Positions 41,118-52,264 of a DNA stretch of 64,000 nucleotides are shown piece after piece (positions within the stretch are counted from its first letter, which is position 1; every line of letters begins with the position of its first letter). Location of the stretch: assembly GCA_037137465.1 (NCBI GenBank), contig JBAXKF010000002.1, forward strand, positions 12,075 through 76,074. The letters are read 5' to 3'. A model generated the notes under the pieces. The model made no database searches. It saw only the letters and a program-made list of their open reading frames with translations, and had not been told where the DNA came from. The position numbers and the translations under genes are program-made. The DNA comes from Betaproteobacteria bacterium (GTDB taxonomy: Bacteria > Pseudomonadota > Gammaproteobacteria > Burkholderiales > Burkholderiaceae).

Positions 41118-41983
41118 CTTAGTTTTTTTCTGATCCGTCGTGCTTCAAATAAACTGACAGCTGTAGCTGCAGAAACATTAAGTGATTCAACTCCTGATTC
41201 TTGTGGAATGATGATGCTTGTACCATGTTCTAAAAAAATTGGACTAGCGCCCTGCCCTTCATTTCCAAACACAAAGGTATGCGCTTGTAATAAAGCATCT
41301 CCTAAGTCGTATAAGCTTTTTGCATTGGTATCTAGTGCTGTTACATATACGGATTGTGTGACTTGCTTTAAGTATTCTTGCGCTGACACTGATTCCATAA
41401 TGGTGAGATTAAGGTGTGCACCCATTCCTGCACGCAAGACTTTTATAGACCAAATACTCGCAGTTCCAACGGTACAGACGATATTTTTATACCCAGCCGC
41501 AGCGGCCGTTCTTAATATAGTTCCTACGTTACCGCTGTCTTGGATGGCATCTAATACAATCGTGTCTAATTTTTCTGCGAAAGAAAAACTGTCTTTTGGC
41601 ATACTCACCGTTGCAATTAAACAAGGACCAGTGGCAAAACTACTAATGGAGTTTTTAATACTATCCTCAACCATAATTAACTCCGGAAAATCAGTATCGC
41701 TATCCTGACAATATTGGATGAGTTCTTCGATAAGAAGGGTAATTTCAGGGTGATTAATATCAGTTGTTGATGTGACTATTGCTCTGATTTGGGATATTTT
41801 TTTTGCTTGTATCCATGACTTCACTAAATGTATGCCTTCAATTAAAGCTTCACCACTTTCTTTTCTTAATTTGGATGCTTTAAATCCACCTTCAAGATGA
41901 ATCTTTATCTGTTTGATGAAATCATTCTGTGAGGATTGTATGAACCGAAAATAAGCATTGATATCAAACATGTTTATCCCCAT
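41114..41983 (-). CDS. TrmH/SpoU RNA methyltransferase
   Basis: LIEG, IQDSGNVGTILRTA, GNEGQG, ESLNVSAA. Confidence 0.9.
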   Translation of the reverse strand: MGINMFDINAYFRFIQSSQNDFIKQIKIHLEGGFKASKLRKESGEALIEGIHLVKSWIQAKKISQIRAIVTSTTDINHPEITLLIEELIQYCQDSDTDFPELIMVEDSIKNSISSFATGPCLIATVSMPKDSFSFAEKLDTIVLDAIQDSGNVGTILRTAAAAGYKNIVCTVGTASIWSIKVLRAGMGAHLNLTIMESVSAQEYLKQVTQSVYVTALDTNAKSLYDLGDALLQAHTFVFGNEGQGASPIFLEHGTSIIIPQESGVESLNVSAATAVSLFEARRIRKKLS

Positions 41984-42557
41984 TAAAAATCTTTCTTACG
42001 GGACCAAAAGATAGGCGATAACCAGGGATGAGTCCAATAGTAGATATCTTCTCTAAATGTTGCGGGGTTGGATAGCCCATGTGTTGATCAAATCCGTATT
42101 GAGGATATTGTTGGTGTAATGCCATCATTTCATGGTCACGTGTAACTTTTGCTAAGATAGAGGCCGCTGAAATACAGGGCTGACTGGCATCTCCCTGAAT
42201 AATCGCTTGAGCGGGTATATCGATTACGGGGGTGCGATTGCCATCTACTAACACTAAAGTTGGCTTAATCTGAAATCGCTCCATTAGGTTATGTAAGGCC
42301 CTTTGCATTGCCAGCATCGTCGCTTGTAATATGTTGATGCGATCAATTTCCTCAGGAGTCGCGTGACCAATCCCCCAAGCCATGGAGTTTGCTTTGATCA
42401 TTTGATAAAGAAGCTCTCTTTTTACAGAAGAAAGTTTCTTTGAGTCCTTGAGTCCTAAAATTGGCTGACTGGGATCTAATATTACAGCGCCCGCTACAAC
42501 GTTACCTACTAAAGGACCTCTTCCCGCTTCATCAATTCCGCAGATGATGTCAGTCAT
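41964..42557 (-). CDS. rnhB: Ribonuclease HII
   Basis: GIDEAGRGPL, DSKKL, VDGN, AASILAKV.RD; probable start at 42557. Confidence 0.96.
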   Translation of the reverse strand: MTDIICGIDEAGRGPLVGNVVAGAVILDPSQPILGLKDSKKLSSVKRELLYQMIKANSMAWGIGHATPEEIDRINILQATMLAMQRALHNLMERFQIKPTLVLVDGNRTPVIDIPAQAIIQGDASQPCISAASILAKVTRDHEMMALHQQYPQYGFDQHMGYPTPQHLEKISTIGLIPGYRLSFGPVRKIFNGDKHV

Positions 42558-42565
42558 GAGCTTTC

Positions 42566-43759
42566 TCAAGTTCCTGATTGTTCAATCGTTTGCATAATGG
42601 CGCTGGCCGCTAACTCTTGGGTTGGTTGTTTTAAGATGAGGTGTAATTCCTCAAAGATGTCTACAAGTTCGGCAACTTGCGCTGGATGGTCTAGCCACTC
42701 CAAAGTTCCTCGCGCCAAAACTTCTGGTTGAGCCTCTTCTTGCAATAGTTCAGGCACTACAAAATTTTGACATAAGATATTGGGTAATCCTACATAAGGT
42801 AAATATCCTTGTCGTTTCATAATTTGTGCGGTTAACCATGGGACTGTATAAGAAATAACCATCGGTTTTTTCCATAAGGCAGCCTCTAGTGTTGCTGTGC
42901 CACTCGCTATTAATACAGAATCTGCAGCTTCTAAAATCAAACTTGAGTTCTCAGTGATAAGCTCAATCCGGATATCTGGGTCCTCTTCTAAAGCCTCTTT
43001 TTTTAATAACTCGAGTGCTGGACGAAGCTTATCTGTCGCAACAGGTGTTAAAAAGCGAATTTTTTTCCCATGACTTTTTTTCATGATGAGCATCGCTTTA
43101 AAAAACCCTTTAGCAATATATTGGATTTCAGATTCGCGACTCCCTGGGAGCACAGCAATAATCGTTTCATCGCTATCAATATTGCCATATTGAAGTAAGT
43201 CTTTTGTAGACAACTGTTCCTTAGCTGATGCCGGATTGGGGTGCATAGGAATTTTATTGGCTAATGGGTGTCCTACATAAGTAGCTTTCATTCCAACTTC
43301 ATGATAAATCTTGGGCTCAAATGGAAATATACAGAGCATATGATCAACTGCTTTTTTAATGCCAAAGATTCGATATCCACGCCAAGCCCATATAGATGGA
43401 CTAATGTAATGTACGGTAGGTATTTTCAATCGACGACATTTTTTTTCAATCGTCAAATTAAAATCTGGTGCGTCAATACCGATATAAACATCAGGGCGTT
43501 CATTTTCGATTCGCTGCATAAGCTCGCGTCGAATTTTTAATATATTGCCTAAATTGTTAAGCACTTCAACATAACCTCTAACGCTAAGAACGTCCATAGG
43601 CCATGATGATTCAAAACCACATTCCTGCATACGGGGGCCACCAATTCCGATTAATCGGCTGTCTGATAATTGGGGATGTTGTTGAACACCTTGTATTAAT
43701 TGCGCAGCCAGTAAATCGCCCGATGGCTCTCCGGCTACGCAAGTCAATAAATAGGTCAT
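42566..43759 (-). CDS. lpxB: Lipid-A-disaccharide synthase
   Basis: AGEPSGD, IDAPDFN, SPSIWAWR, LPGSRESE, SGTATLE; probable start at 43759. Confidence 0.96.
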   Translation of the reverse strand: MTYLLTCVAGEPSGDLLAAQLIQGVQQHPQLSDSRLIGIGGPRMQECGFESSWPMDVLSVRGYVEVLNNLGNILKIRRELMQRIENERPDVYIGIDAPDFNLTIEKKCRRLKIPTVHYISPSIWAWRGYRIFGIKKAVDHMLCIFPFEPKIYHEVGMKATYVGHPLANKIPMHPNPASAKEQLSTKDLLQYGNIDSDETIIAVLPGSRESEIQYIAKGFFKAMLIMKKSHGKKIRFLTPVATDKLRPALELLKKEALEEDPDIRIELITENSSLILEAADSVLIASGTATLEAALWKKPMVISYTVPWLTAQIMKRQGYLPYVGLPNILCQNFVVPELLQEEAQPEVLARGTLEWLDHPAQVAELVDIFEELHLILKQPTQELAASAIMQTIEQSGT

Positions 43760-43763
43760 GGAT

Positions 43764-44573
43764 TTAGCGGACAATGCCGCGAGTAGAGGCGCTGATAAAC
43801 TGTAAAAATTCACTAACCTTTTCTACACCTTCAGCCTGAAGTGAAATACCTTCATAGCCATTGTTGATGGTTGCAGTAATTGCTACTTTTGCATCTTCAA
43901 ATGTCAAACCATCTTTATATAAAACACGATACACGTGTCGAAGTGCTGCGATTGTTTCTGGAGCAAAGCCGCGTCTTTTGAGACCTTCTGCATTTAATCC
44001 GTGTGGCTGCGCTTTATCTCCAGCGGCAATGACAAAAGGCGGAATATCTTGAACTAATGCAGATGCCCCGCCAAGCATGGAGTGTTGTCCAATACGAACG
44101 AATTGGTGAACTCCTGACATACCACCTAATATAGCCCAATCTTCAACTATGACATGGCCGGCTATTTGCGCGTTACTCGAAAAGATGGTGTGGTTACCAA
44201 CTACACAGTCATGAGCTATGTGAACATAAGCCATGATCCAATTGTCGTCACCGATTGTAGTGACACCCTGATCTTGCACTGTACCTGTGTGGATGGTCGT
44301 GAATTCGCGTATTGTGTTGCGATCTCCAATGACTAATTGTGTTGGTTCACCACGATATTTCATATCTTGAGGAACACCGCCTAAAGAAGAGAAATGACTG
44401 ATGACGTTGTCCTTGCCAATACTTGTGTGACCTTCAATGACGGTATGTGATCCAATTGAGGTACCTGCTCCAATAGTTACATGAGGACCAATGATGGCAT
44501 AGGGCCCAATTTTTGCCGTTGGATCGATGACCGCATGAGAATCAACGATTGCTGAAGGATGAATCAAAGACAT
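43764..44573 (-). CDS. lpxA: UDP-N-acetylglucosamine O-acyltransferase
   Basis: Hexapeptide repeats, PQD.KY, HIAHDC, VHQF. Confidence 0.97.
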   Translation of the reverse strand: MSLIHPSAIVDSHAVIDPTAKIGPYAIIGPHVTIGAGTSIGSHTVIEGHTSIGKDNVISHFSSLGGVPQDMKYRGEPTQLVIGDRNTIREFTTIHTGTVQDQGVTTIGDDNWIMAYVHIAHDCVVGNHTIFSSNAQIAGHVIVEDWAILGGMSGVHQFVRIGQHSMLGGASALVQDIPPFVIAAGDKAQPHGLNAEGLKRRGFAPETIAALRHVYRVLYKDGLTFEDAKVAITATINNGYEGISLQAEGVEKVSEFLQFISASTRGIVR

Positions 44574-44574
44574 G

Positions 44575-45024
44575 TCAATCTTCCTTTTTTCTCAAAGCAC
44601 ATAATAAATCGGCCTGACAAACAATGTCTTCACCAACCATTGCAAAAGCTTTAAATTTCCAAATACCACTTTTATATCTTTCAACTTCAGCATTCAAAAT
44701 AAGTTGATCACCAGGTATAACAGGCTTTTTAAAGCGTGCATTATCAATTCCAGCAAAGAAATATAAAGAATCTTCATCCTTTTCTTCAGAAAATGCCAAT
44801 AATGCAGATGCTTGGGCTAGAGCTTCTAGAATCAAGACGCCTGGCATTACTGGATACTCAGGAAAGTGCCCCTGAAAAAAAGGCTCGTTAACTGAAACAT
44901 TTTTTAATGCTTTGATACGTACCCTAGGATCCAGTTCAAGGACACGATCTACTAAAAGTATCGGGTAACGATGTGGCAATAATTTTAAAATGCGGTTGAT
45001 ATCCAAAATATTTTCATTGGCCAT
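44575..45024 (-). CDS. fabZ: 3-hydroxyacyl-ACP dehydratase
   Basis: [33 protein letters not shown]. Confidence 0.97.
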   Translation of the reverse strand: MANENILDINRILKLLPHRYPILLVDRVLELDPRVRIKALKNVSVNEPFFQGHFPEYPVMPGVLILEALAQASALLAFSEEKDEDSLYFFAGIDNARFKKPVIPGDQLILNAEVERYKSGIWKFKAFAMVGEDIVCQADLLCALRKKED

Positions 45025-45033
45025 AATTTTTTC

Positions 45034-46092
45034 CTACTTTATTTTCCGTGTTAAATCTTTTATTTGTTGTCGTAGTTTATCTAAACCACGAATAATTGCT
45101 GCATTTTTTTCCCATTGAGCATGTTCCGTAAAGGGGAAAACACTTGTATAGTGCCTACCCGGTTCTTTAATCGATTTCGTAATTGAGGTCCCCCCCGAAA
45201 CAGTAGTTCGATCAGCAATTTTTAAATGTCCTGAAAAATTGGTGTAGCCACCAATGATGCACAAACTTCCAACTTCCGTTGATCCGGCTATGCCTGAACA
45301 ACCAGCCATAACTGTGTGTGCTCCAACTTTAACGTTATGACCAATTTGAACTTGATTATCAAACTTACAGCCATCACCAATCATCGTATCAGCCATAGCT
45401 CCACGATCAATTGTCATGGATGCCCCGCATTCCACATCGTTACCAATAATAACTCGACCGGTTTGTGGAATCTTTACCCATTCATTACTCGTTTTAGAAA
45501 AGTCTGGTGCAAAACCAAAGCCGTCAGACCCAACAACAACACCCCCATGGAGGATACAACGTTGACCTATGACGCAGTCATCATAAACAACTGTCATAGG
45601 ATGAATTGTTGTGTCAGATCCAACATGAACATGTTTACCTAAACGAACATGAGATACCAAGTGAACACCTTCACCTAGAACAACCCCTTCTGCAATCGAA
45701 GTAAATGGTCCTATAGTGCAGGAATTTGGCACGATAGCGCTTGGGTGAACATCGGCTAGGGGATCAATACCAGCCGTTAACGAAACATCTCTTTGGGACT
45801 GAAAATATTGCGCAATACGCGCAAATAATGCATAAGGATTAGGAGAAATTAAAAAAGATTTGGTTGACCTAGACTCCTGTTTAATAAAAGCATGATCAGC
45901 AGCGTTTAAGATGAGTACTCCCGCATGGCTATCAACAGCTTGTTGCCGATAGATAGGATTAACTAAGAACGATATCTGATTCTTTTGAGCAAGATCTAGG
46001 GGAGCTAAACCAGTAAGGTTAAGCTCCTGATCACCTTCAAAATGAACTTCGAAGCGATTTGCAAGATCCTTGAGAGTTGGTGTCTTAAGCAT
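45034..46092 (-). CDS. lpxD: UDP-3-O-acylglucosamine N-acyltransferase
   Basis: Hexapeptide repeats, GSDGFGF, IDRGA, DNQVQIGHN. Confidence 0.96.
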   Translation of the reverse strand: MLKTPTLKDLANRFEVHFEGDQELNLTGLAPLDLAQKNQISFLVNPIYRQQAVDSHAGVLILNAADHAFIKQESRSTKSFLISPNPYALFARIAQYFQSQRDVSLTAGIDPLADVHPSAIVPNSCTIGPFTSIAEGVVLGEGVHLVSHVRLGKHVHVGSDTTIHPMTVVYDDCVIGQRCILHGGVVVGSDGFGFAPDFSKTSNEWVKIPQTGRVIIGNDVECGASMTIDRGAMADTMIGDGCKFDNQVQIGHNVKVGAHTVMAGCSGIAGSTEVGSLCIIGGYTNFSGHLKIADRTTVSGGTSITKSIKEPGRHYTSVFPFTEHAQWEKNAAIIRGLDKLRQQIKDLTRKIK

Positions 46093-46125
46093 CCTTTTGA
46101 ATATTCACAGTAAAAATGTGAATAT

Positions 46126-46647
46126 TTATTTAGAATTTAATGCGGCAATCACTTCATTAGTGATGTCAACGCGGGGGCTTACAAAAGCGGCTTCTTGAAC
46201 AACTAAATCAAGTTTTTTCTGTTCGACGATAGTTTTTAAGACTTGATTAGCTTTTTCAAAAATTTTGGCGCGCTCTTCAGCTCCACGGCGTTGGGTATCT
46301 TCTATAAGCTCACGTTGCTTGCGTTGAATCTCACGATCGCTGTCTGCTAATTCACGTTGTTTACGAATGCGTTCAGCTTCTGGTAGGACGGCAGCATCTT
46401 TATCTAACTGAGCGGCCTGAGCTTTAATTTTGGAAATGCCATCACGAACATCCTTTTCGCGAGCACCAAATTCTGTCTGCATTTTAGCCTGAGCATCTTT
46501 AGCCATCTTCGACTCACTCAAAATGCGCTCTAAACTCACATAAGCAATTTTAGGTGCTGACTCTTGAGCAAAACTAGGGCAAATGATTGAAAGTAAACTA
46601 ATCAAACTCAACATTGACACATATTGACGAATCTTTAACTGCTTCAT
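46126..46647 (-). CDS. skp: Periplasmic chaperone Skp/OmpH
   Basis: Signal peptide, coiled coil, DITNEVI; between bamA and lpxD. Confidence 0.92.
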   Translation of the reverse strand: MKQLKIRQYVSMLSLISLLSIICPSFAQESAPKIAYVSLERILSESKMAKDAQAKMQTEFGAREKDVRDGISKIKAQAAQLDKDAAVLPEAERIRKQRELADSDREIQRKQRELIEDTQRRGAEERAKIFEKANQVLKTIVEQKKLDLVVQEAAFVSPRVDITNEVIAALNSK

Positions 46648-46665
46648 GCAATTTTCCTTAAAATA

Positions 46666-49038
46666 TTAAAAAGTTGTTCCAATTTGAAATTGGAAGTTCT
46701 GAATACGATCCAAACTGGTTGTATTAAGTGGAATACCATAGCTAAATTTTAATGGCCCTAATGGAGAAATCCAAGTAATACCTGCACCATACGCGTATCT
46801 TAAATCACCTACGTTAGGAGCACCATCGTAAACGTTTCCTGCATCAAAAAATACAAAAAAGCGAAGGGTTTTATCAGTTCCTGATCCTGGGACTGGGAAA
46901 GCGTATTCCGCATTAAATACGGCTTTTGAGGAGCCACCAGTCGGCTGATAAATACCTAAAGTAGGATTATAAACCTGAGGACCTAAAGAGCCAGGTGTAT
47001 ATCCCCTGACAGACCCGATACCACCAAGATAATAGTTTTTAGTAATCGGGAAAGGTTTATCACCATACGCCATACCATAGCCTACCTGACCACTAAGGGC
47101 TAATACGTTCGTTTTAGAAAGCGGATAGAAGTATTGATGTTGGTAAAACAGACGGTAGTACTGCATTTGGTCAATCGGCATTGCTACTTCAGCATTTGCT
47201 ACTTGATAACTACCACTACTTGGCAATAAGGCACTATCTCTACTGTCCTTTGCCCAACCGATGGTTAAAGGAATATTGTAAGACGCCGCTGAATAACGTC
47301 CCAGATTAGGATCATTACTTGTACCGACTATGCTCGGATCAAAGCCAGATAGACTTGCGGCATATTGCTGATAAGGAATAGGTGAATTTTGGGTGGTATT
47401 AAGCTCTAGTCTTTCTAATGCGCCACCAACAAAATAACGCCCTTTTTCCGAATAAGGAATACCAAATCTTAAAGAAGTACCCGTATTAATAATGCTGTAA
47501 TCTGAGTCACCCAAATAATATAAGGGGCGTGAGGTTCTATAGTAAAGATCAGAATACCGACTAATACCATCTTCGGTAAAGTACGGATCAAATTGTGATA
47601 ACACGAGGGTACGGTTTACTTGGCTAGTGTTAATGTTAAAGCCAATACTTGTACCTGTTCCAAAAGCATTTTCTTGATTAATACCTGCGGAAAGGACAAC
47701 GCCCTCTGAAGAAGAAAATCCAGCGCCTAAACTGAGTGATCCTGATGGTTTTTCAGTTACCCTAACACCTAGATCTACCTGATCAGTGGATCCAGGCACT
47801 TCTTGAGTCGCGATATCAACTTCTGTAAAGTAACCTAAACGGTTAATACGATCTTTTGATAGTTTAATTTTCTCGCCATCGTACCAAGAACTTTCTAGTT
47901 GACGGATTTCACGACGAATAACACTGTCTCTTGTCTTGGCATTGCCGGCGATACTAATGTTTTTTACGTAAGCTCTTTTTCCAGGATCGACAACTAACAA
48001 CATATCTACTAACTTCTCATCTCTTCGAATATCAGGCTGAGGAGTAATCGAAGCAAAAGCGTAGCCGTAAGTACTTAATGCATCAGCAATTGCTTTAGAG
48101 CCAGCATTTAATTTAGCAGAGGAAAAAATATCACCTGGCTTGAGTGGAATGAGTGCCTTAAGCTCCTCTTCCTTACCAAACATTTCGCCACCTAATTTAA
48201 TATCTTTAATTTTAAATTGTTCACCTTCAAAGATATTGACCGTGATATACATGCCCTTTTTATCAGGTGATATCGAAATTTGGGTAGAGTCAATACGGAA
48301 CTCTAAATAGCCTTGATTTAAATAAAAGGATCTTATGTTTTCAAGATCGGCCGATAATTTTTGTTTAGAGTAGCGATCGTTTTTAGAATACCAAGAAAAC
48401 CATCCACCGACAGAAAGCTGCATCTCTTTTTTGAGTTCTTTTTCAGTAAAAGCTTTGCTTCCAATAATGTTGATTTCGGATATTTTTGAAATAATACCCT
48501 CTTCAATATTGAAATACACAGACACTTGATTGCGCTCACCCGGGGTAACAGTGGTGACGATTTCAGCATCATAAAAACCTTTACTTACATACTGTCTCTT
48601 AATTTCTTGTTCAGCTTTGTCTACTAATGCTCTATCAAAGTAACGAGCATCTGCTAAGCCAATAGCCCGAAGCGCTTTTAAAATGGCTTCTTTTTCAAAC
48701 TCTTTCATCCCAGTAAAGTCTACTTTGGAAATCGTAGGTCGCTCTTCCACAAGAACGACCAAAACATTATTGTCGACTTTTACTTGAACGTCTTTAAAAA
48801 ACCCTGTGTTAAAAAGGGCACGAATAGCGTCAGCCCCTTTAGTGTCGTCAAAAGTTTCACCCACTTTCACAGGTAAATAACTAAACACAGTACCTGGCTC
48901 TACCCGCTGTAAACCTTCAACTCGGATATCTTTAACGACAAAAGGTTCCGCAGCAAAGGCGATTTTTGCGTGAATCAGAGTTCCAATGCTAAATGCTAGA
49001 GCAATTGCGAGATGTATTTTCTTTTTCTTAATATTCAA
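46666..49038 (-). CDS. bamA: Outer-membrane protein assembly factor BamA
   Basis: POTRA domains (IRVEGLQRV), SVRGY, PLGPL, C-terminal QFQIGTTF; TTG start. Confidence 0.97.
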   Translation of the reverse strand: MNIKKKKIHLAIALAFSIGTLIHAKIAFAAEPFVVKDIRVEGLQRVEPGTVFSYLPVKVGETFDDTKGADAIRALFNTGFFKDVQVKVDNNVLVVLVEERPTISKVDFTGMKEFEKEAILKALRAIGLADARYFDRALVDKAEQEIKRQYVSKGFYDAEIVTTVTPGERNQVSVYFNIEEGIISKISEINIIGSKAFTEKELKKEMQLSVGGWFSWYSKNDRYSKQKLSADLENIRSFYLNQGYLEFRIDSTQISISPDKKGMYITVNIFEGEQFKIKDIKLGGEMFGKEEELKALIPLKPGDIFSSAKLNAGSKAIADALSTYGYAFASITPQPDIRRDEKLVDMLLVVDPGKRAYVKNISIAGNAKTRDSVIRREIRQLESSWYDGEKIKLSKDRINRLGYFTEVDIATQEVPGSTDQVDLGVRVTEKPSGSLSLGAGFSSSEGVVLSAGINQENAFGTGTSIGFNINTSQVNRTLVLSQFDPYFTEDGISRYSDLYYRTSRPLYYLGDSDYSIINTGTSLRFGIPYSEKGRYFVGGALERLELNTTQNSPIPYQQYAASLSGFDPSIVGTSNDPNLGRYSAASYNIPLTIGWAKDSRDSALLPSSGSYQVANAEVAMPIDQMQYYRLFYQHQYFYPLSKTNVLALSGQVGYGMAYGDKPFPITKNYYLGGIGSVRGYTPGSLGPQVYNPTLGIYQPTGGSSKAVFNAEYAFPVPGSGTDKTLRFFVFFDAGNVYDGAPNVGDLRYAYGAGITWISPLGPLKFSYGIPLNTTSLDRIQNFQFQIGTTF

Positions 49039-49116
49039 CTAAATAGCTCTTCAATCTGATGTAATTATTGTTAGATATGACCATAAAAAATGTATATTGC
49101 TAGATTCTACTCTCCA

Positions 49117-50241
49117 TTATCCATGAAAAAGCCTAGATAAATCGTTAAAAACTGCAATTCCTGTAAGGATAAGTATCCCTAGAACGCCAAGTTTGGATGT
49201 AAATTCCCTAAGCTCAGTAGAAACAGCCTTTCCACGGAGCAATTCAACTAAATCAAAAAGCAATTGGCCACCATCCAACATGGGTAACGGTAGTAAATTC
49301 ATAATCCCCAAACTAATGCTGATGAGTACTAAAAAACCAATATAAGCAGTAAAACCCGATTGGGCGGATTGGCCTGCCATTCCAGCAATTCCAATTGGAC
49401 CACTAATTTGATTAAACGATGCTTTACCAGTCATTAAAGACCAAATGCTTAGTGCTGACACTGCGGTAAGGTCATGAACCCTTTCCATCGATCGCGTCAT
49501 TGAGTCAACCCATCCAAGCTCTAATTGAAATGTCGGTAACGGACTTTCTTTATTTAAACTTAAACCTAATTGAGCAAAGAGGTCATTTTGCATATGTAGG
49601 GTTTTAATTTCATCTTTATCAAACACTACTCTTGAATCACCACTATCCGTATGTGCAACCTGTAAAACAAAACCCTCTTCACTCATAATGGCGCGAAGTA
49701 ATTTCCAGCGTAGGCGATTCCAGCTATCAATCGGAGTAAATTCGATATTTAAATCCACGCCATCAGAATCACTCGGCAGAAAAGCAAAACCTCTCACTTC
49801 ATCACCTAAGACTAATCCTGATTGCGCAGCGATAGAGTCCTTTGGTGGCTGATCTAAAACTGCCTTAACTTGCATAGGGCCACTGAGGTATAAAAAGAAC
49901 AAAAGTAACCACGCCAAGAAAAAATTAGCTAATGGACCTGCGGCAACTACACTCGATCTTTTCCATAAAGGCTGTTGATCAAAGGAACACTTTATTTCTA
50001 GGGGAGTTAAATTGGTATGTGTTCTGGTATCAATCATCTTGACGTAGCCCCCTAGGGGAATCGCCGATATAACAAATTCAGTAGCCAATGGGTGCTTAGC
50101 TTTTTTTCGCAATAAAACCGGTCCAAATCCAATCGAAAAGCGTTCAACAGCAATGCCACACCATTTGGCAACAATATAGTGCCCAAATTCATGAAAACCA
50201 ACCAATATTAATATCGCTAGTAAAAAAGAAAGTAGTGTCAT
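49117..50241 (-). CDS. rseP: RIP metalloprotease RseP (short form)
   Basis: HEFGH, FSIGFG, GGYV, AGP.AN, NLLPLPMLDGG; ATG 50241 overlaps the dxr TGA. Confidence 0.93.
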   Translation of the reverse strand: MTLLSFLLAILILVGFHEFGHYIVAKWCGIAVERFSIGFGPVLLRKKAKHPLATEFVISAIPLGGYVKMIDTRTHTNLTPLEIKCSFDQQPLWKRSSVVAAGPLANFFLAWLLLFFLYLSGPMQVKAVLDQPPKDSIAAQSGLVLGDEVRGFAFLPSDSDGVDLNIEFTPIDSWNRLRWKLLRAIMSEEGFVLQVAHTDSGDSRVVFDKDEIKTLHMQNDLFAQLGLSLNKESPLPTFQLELGWVDSMTRSMERVHDLTAVSALSIWSLMTGKASFNQISGPIGIAGMAGQSAQSGFTAYIGFLVLISISLGIMNLLPLPMLDGGQLLFDLVELLRGKAVSTELREFTSKLGVLGILILTGIAVFNDLSRLFHG

Positions 50242-51407
50242 CTTGAGCACTCCTTAATGAATTGCTGAGCTGTTTGTCTGGCTAAACGATCAATCGCAAG
50301 AACATGTTCTAGGGATGTTGCTACTTCTGAGTTGATTTTTTCTAACACTTTTTCAACAATTTGTATGATTTGTGGGTAACTAATCGCCCCGGTCAAAAAG
50401 CTTTCGACAGCCTCTTCGTTAGCGGCATTTAAGATGGCTGGAGCCGTTCCTTTTAGGATGGCTGCATCTCTAGCTAGTCTGATAGCAGGAAATCGTTGCT
50501 GATCAGCTTTCATGAAATTTAATTGCCCAAGTTCCATCATATTAAGTTGCTTTGCTCCTGAAGTGATTCGATTGGGCCAACCCAATCCATAAGCGATAGG
50601 AATCCTCATATCAGGTTCCCCTAACTGGGCTAGTAATGAGCCGTCCACATATCTTACTAGAGAATGAATAACACTTTGAGGATGTATGACAATTTGAATC
50701 TTTTGGGCCGGCATTTGGAATAACCACATTGCTTCAATGAGTTCGAGACCTTTATTCATCATGGTGGATGAATCTACTGATATCTTTTTCCCCATCACCC
50801 AGTTGGGATGGGCGCAAGCCTCTTCAGGGGTTACTCGGTCTAAGGTCTCTATACTTCGGTTTAAAAAAGGCCCACCTGAAGCTGTCAATAATAATTCTGC
50901 AACTTCGTTTTGAGATGCATTCTTTGTCTGTGGCAAGCATTGATAAATTGCATTGTGTTCACTATCAATCGGTAGTAATTCGGCGCCACTTTGAGCTACC
51001 GTATCCATCAATATTTGCCCCGACATTACCAAGGCTTCTTTGTTCGCAAGTAAGATGCGCTTACCAGCTCTAGCAGCCTCCAAGGTTGGTAATAGTCCTG
51101 CCGCACCTACAATGGCTGCCATCACCGTATCAACTTCTACGTGCATGACGGCTTCGATTAAACCTTCATTACCATATAAGACTTTGGTTGATGAATTGGT
51201 TAAAAGATTTTTGAGTTTTGCTGCATACGAAGCGTCTGAAACAACAGCAATATCAGGCTTATATTGCTGACATTGTTTTGCTAATTTCTCAATTTGAGTA
51301 TGGGCTGTTAGTGCCCTAACCCTGAATAAATCTGGATGACGTGATACAACGTCTAAGGTGTTTTCACCTATCGAGCCTGTCGATCCTAAGATACAGATAT
51401 TTCTCAA
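50238..51407 (-). CDS. dxr: 1-deoxy-D-xylulose-5-phosphate reductoisomerase
   Basis: LGSTGSIG, LANKE, PIDSEH, HPNWVMG.KIS.DS, NAANE. Confidence 0.98.
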   Translation of the reverse strand: MRNICILGSTGSIGENTLDVVSRHPDLFRVRALTAHTQIEKLAKQCQQYKPDIAVVSDASYAAKLKNLLTNSSTKVLYGNEGLIEAVMHVEVDTVMAAIVGAAGLLPTLEAARAGKRILLANKEALVMSGQILMDTVAQSGAELLPIDSEHNAIYQCLPQTKNASQNEVAELLLTASGGPFLNRSIETLDRVTPEEACAHPNWVMGKKISVDSSTMMNKGLELIEAMWLFQMPAQKIQIVIHPQSVIHSLVRYVDGSLLAQLGEPDMRIPIAYGLGWPNRITSGAKQLNMMELGQLNFMKADQQRFPAIRLARDAAILKGTAPAILNAANEEAVESFLTGAISYPQIIQIVEKVLEKINSEVATSLEHVLAIDRLARQTAQQFIKECSR

Positions 51408-52264
51408 GATATACCCATCATCAATAATGCAGCAATTGGAAGAACTGGCAATAAGGCATCTAATCGATCAAGAACTCCCCCATGCCCAGGGAGTAATTTA
51501 CTACTATCTTTTACGCCAATTAGTCTCTTAAGTTGAGATTCAAATAAATCACCAATGACACTCATACTCGCTAAAAAAACACTTATCAAGAGTAAACCAA
51601 ATACAGAATAATTCTTACCAATCAAGCTAAAAAAGTCATTCGTGAGGATATTGTAATGACTAAAAGCGAAGGCAATCATGCAAACCAAAAAAACTCCACC
51701 GATGGCACCTTCTCTCGATTTGCCTGGACTTATTTGCGGCGCTAATTTATGTTTACCCCATTTTTTTCCAGTAAAGTACGCGCCTATATCTGCAACCCAA
51801 ACAATCACCAAAACAGTGAGTAATACCAAAATACCCTTTTCTCGTAAAAGAATGAGAGCATAAAAATCACTGATGAATATAACAAGGCCAGCAATGGTTA
51901 GTAACCAGATATTTTTTGCTATTGAGAATTGAAGACTTTTTCGTAATATAAAAGGTACATAGAAAATCCAAAAAATTGCGCTTGCCCACAAAATGACTTG
52001 TAAGCATAGTTGAACATCCTTGAGAATCTCACCATCAAACTGTTGAAGTAATATCAAGATCAAAATTAAAAGTTGTAGCGTAAAAAGACTGAAGTAAATA
52101 GCTTTGTATTTTTGCTCAGGCCACAAAAATCTCCCCCACTCCCATGCTGCGAGGGAAATAACTAAAGAAATAATCAAAGCAAATGTGATTGCTGAAGAAA
52201 ATAAGAAAATTGGTATGAAGCAAGCCAATAAAACACTGGCTGTTATGAAACGCGTTTTAAGCAT
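51404..52264 (-). CDS. cdsA: Phosphatidate cytidylyltransferase
   Basis: [40 protein letters not shown]. Confidence 0.96.
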   Translation of the reverse strand: MLKTRFITASVLLACFIPIFLFSSAITFALIISLVISLAAWEWGRFLWPEQKYKAIYFSLFTLQLLILILILLQQFDGEILKDVQLCLQVILWASAIFWIFYVPFILRKSLQFSIAKNIWLLTIAGLVIFISDFYALILLREKGILVLLTVLVIVWVADIGAYFTGKKWGKHKLAPQISPGKSREGAIGGVFLVCMIAFAFSHYNILTNDFFSLIGKNYSVFGLLLISVFLASMSVIGDLFESQLKRLIGVKDSSKLLPGHGGVLDRLDALLPVLPIAALLMMGIS

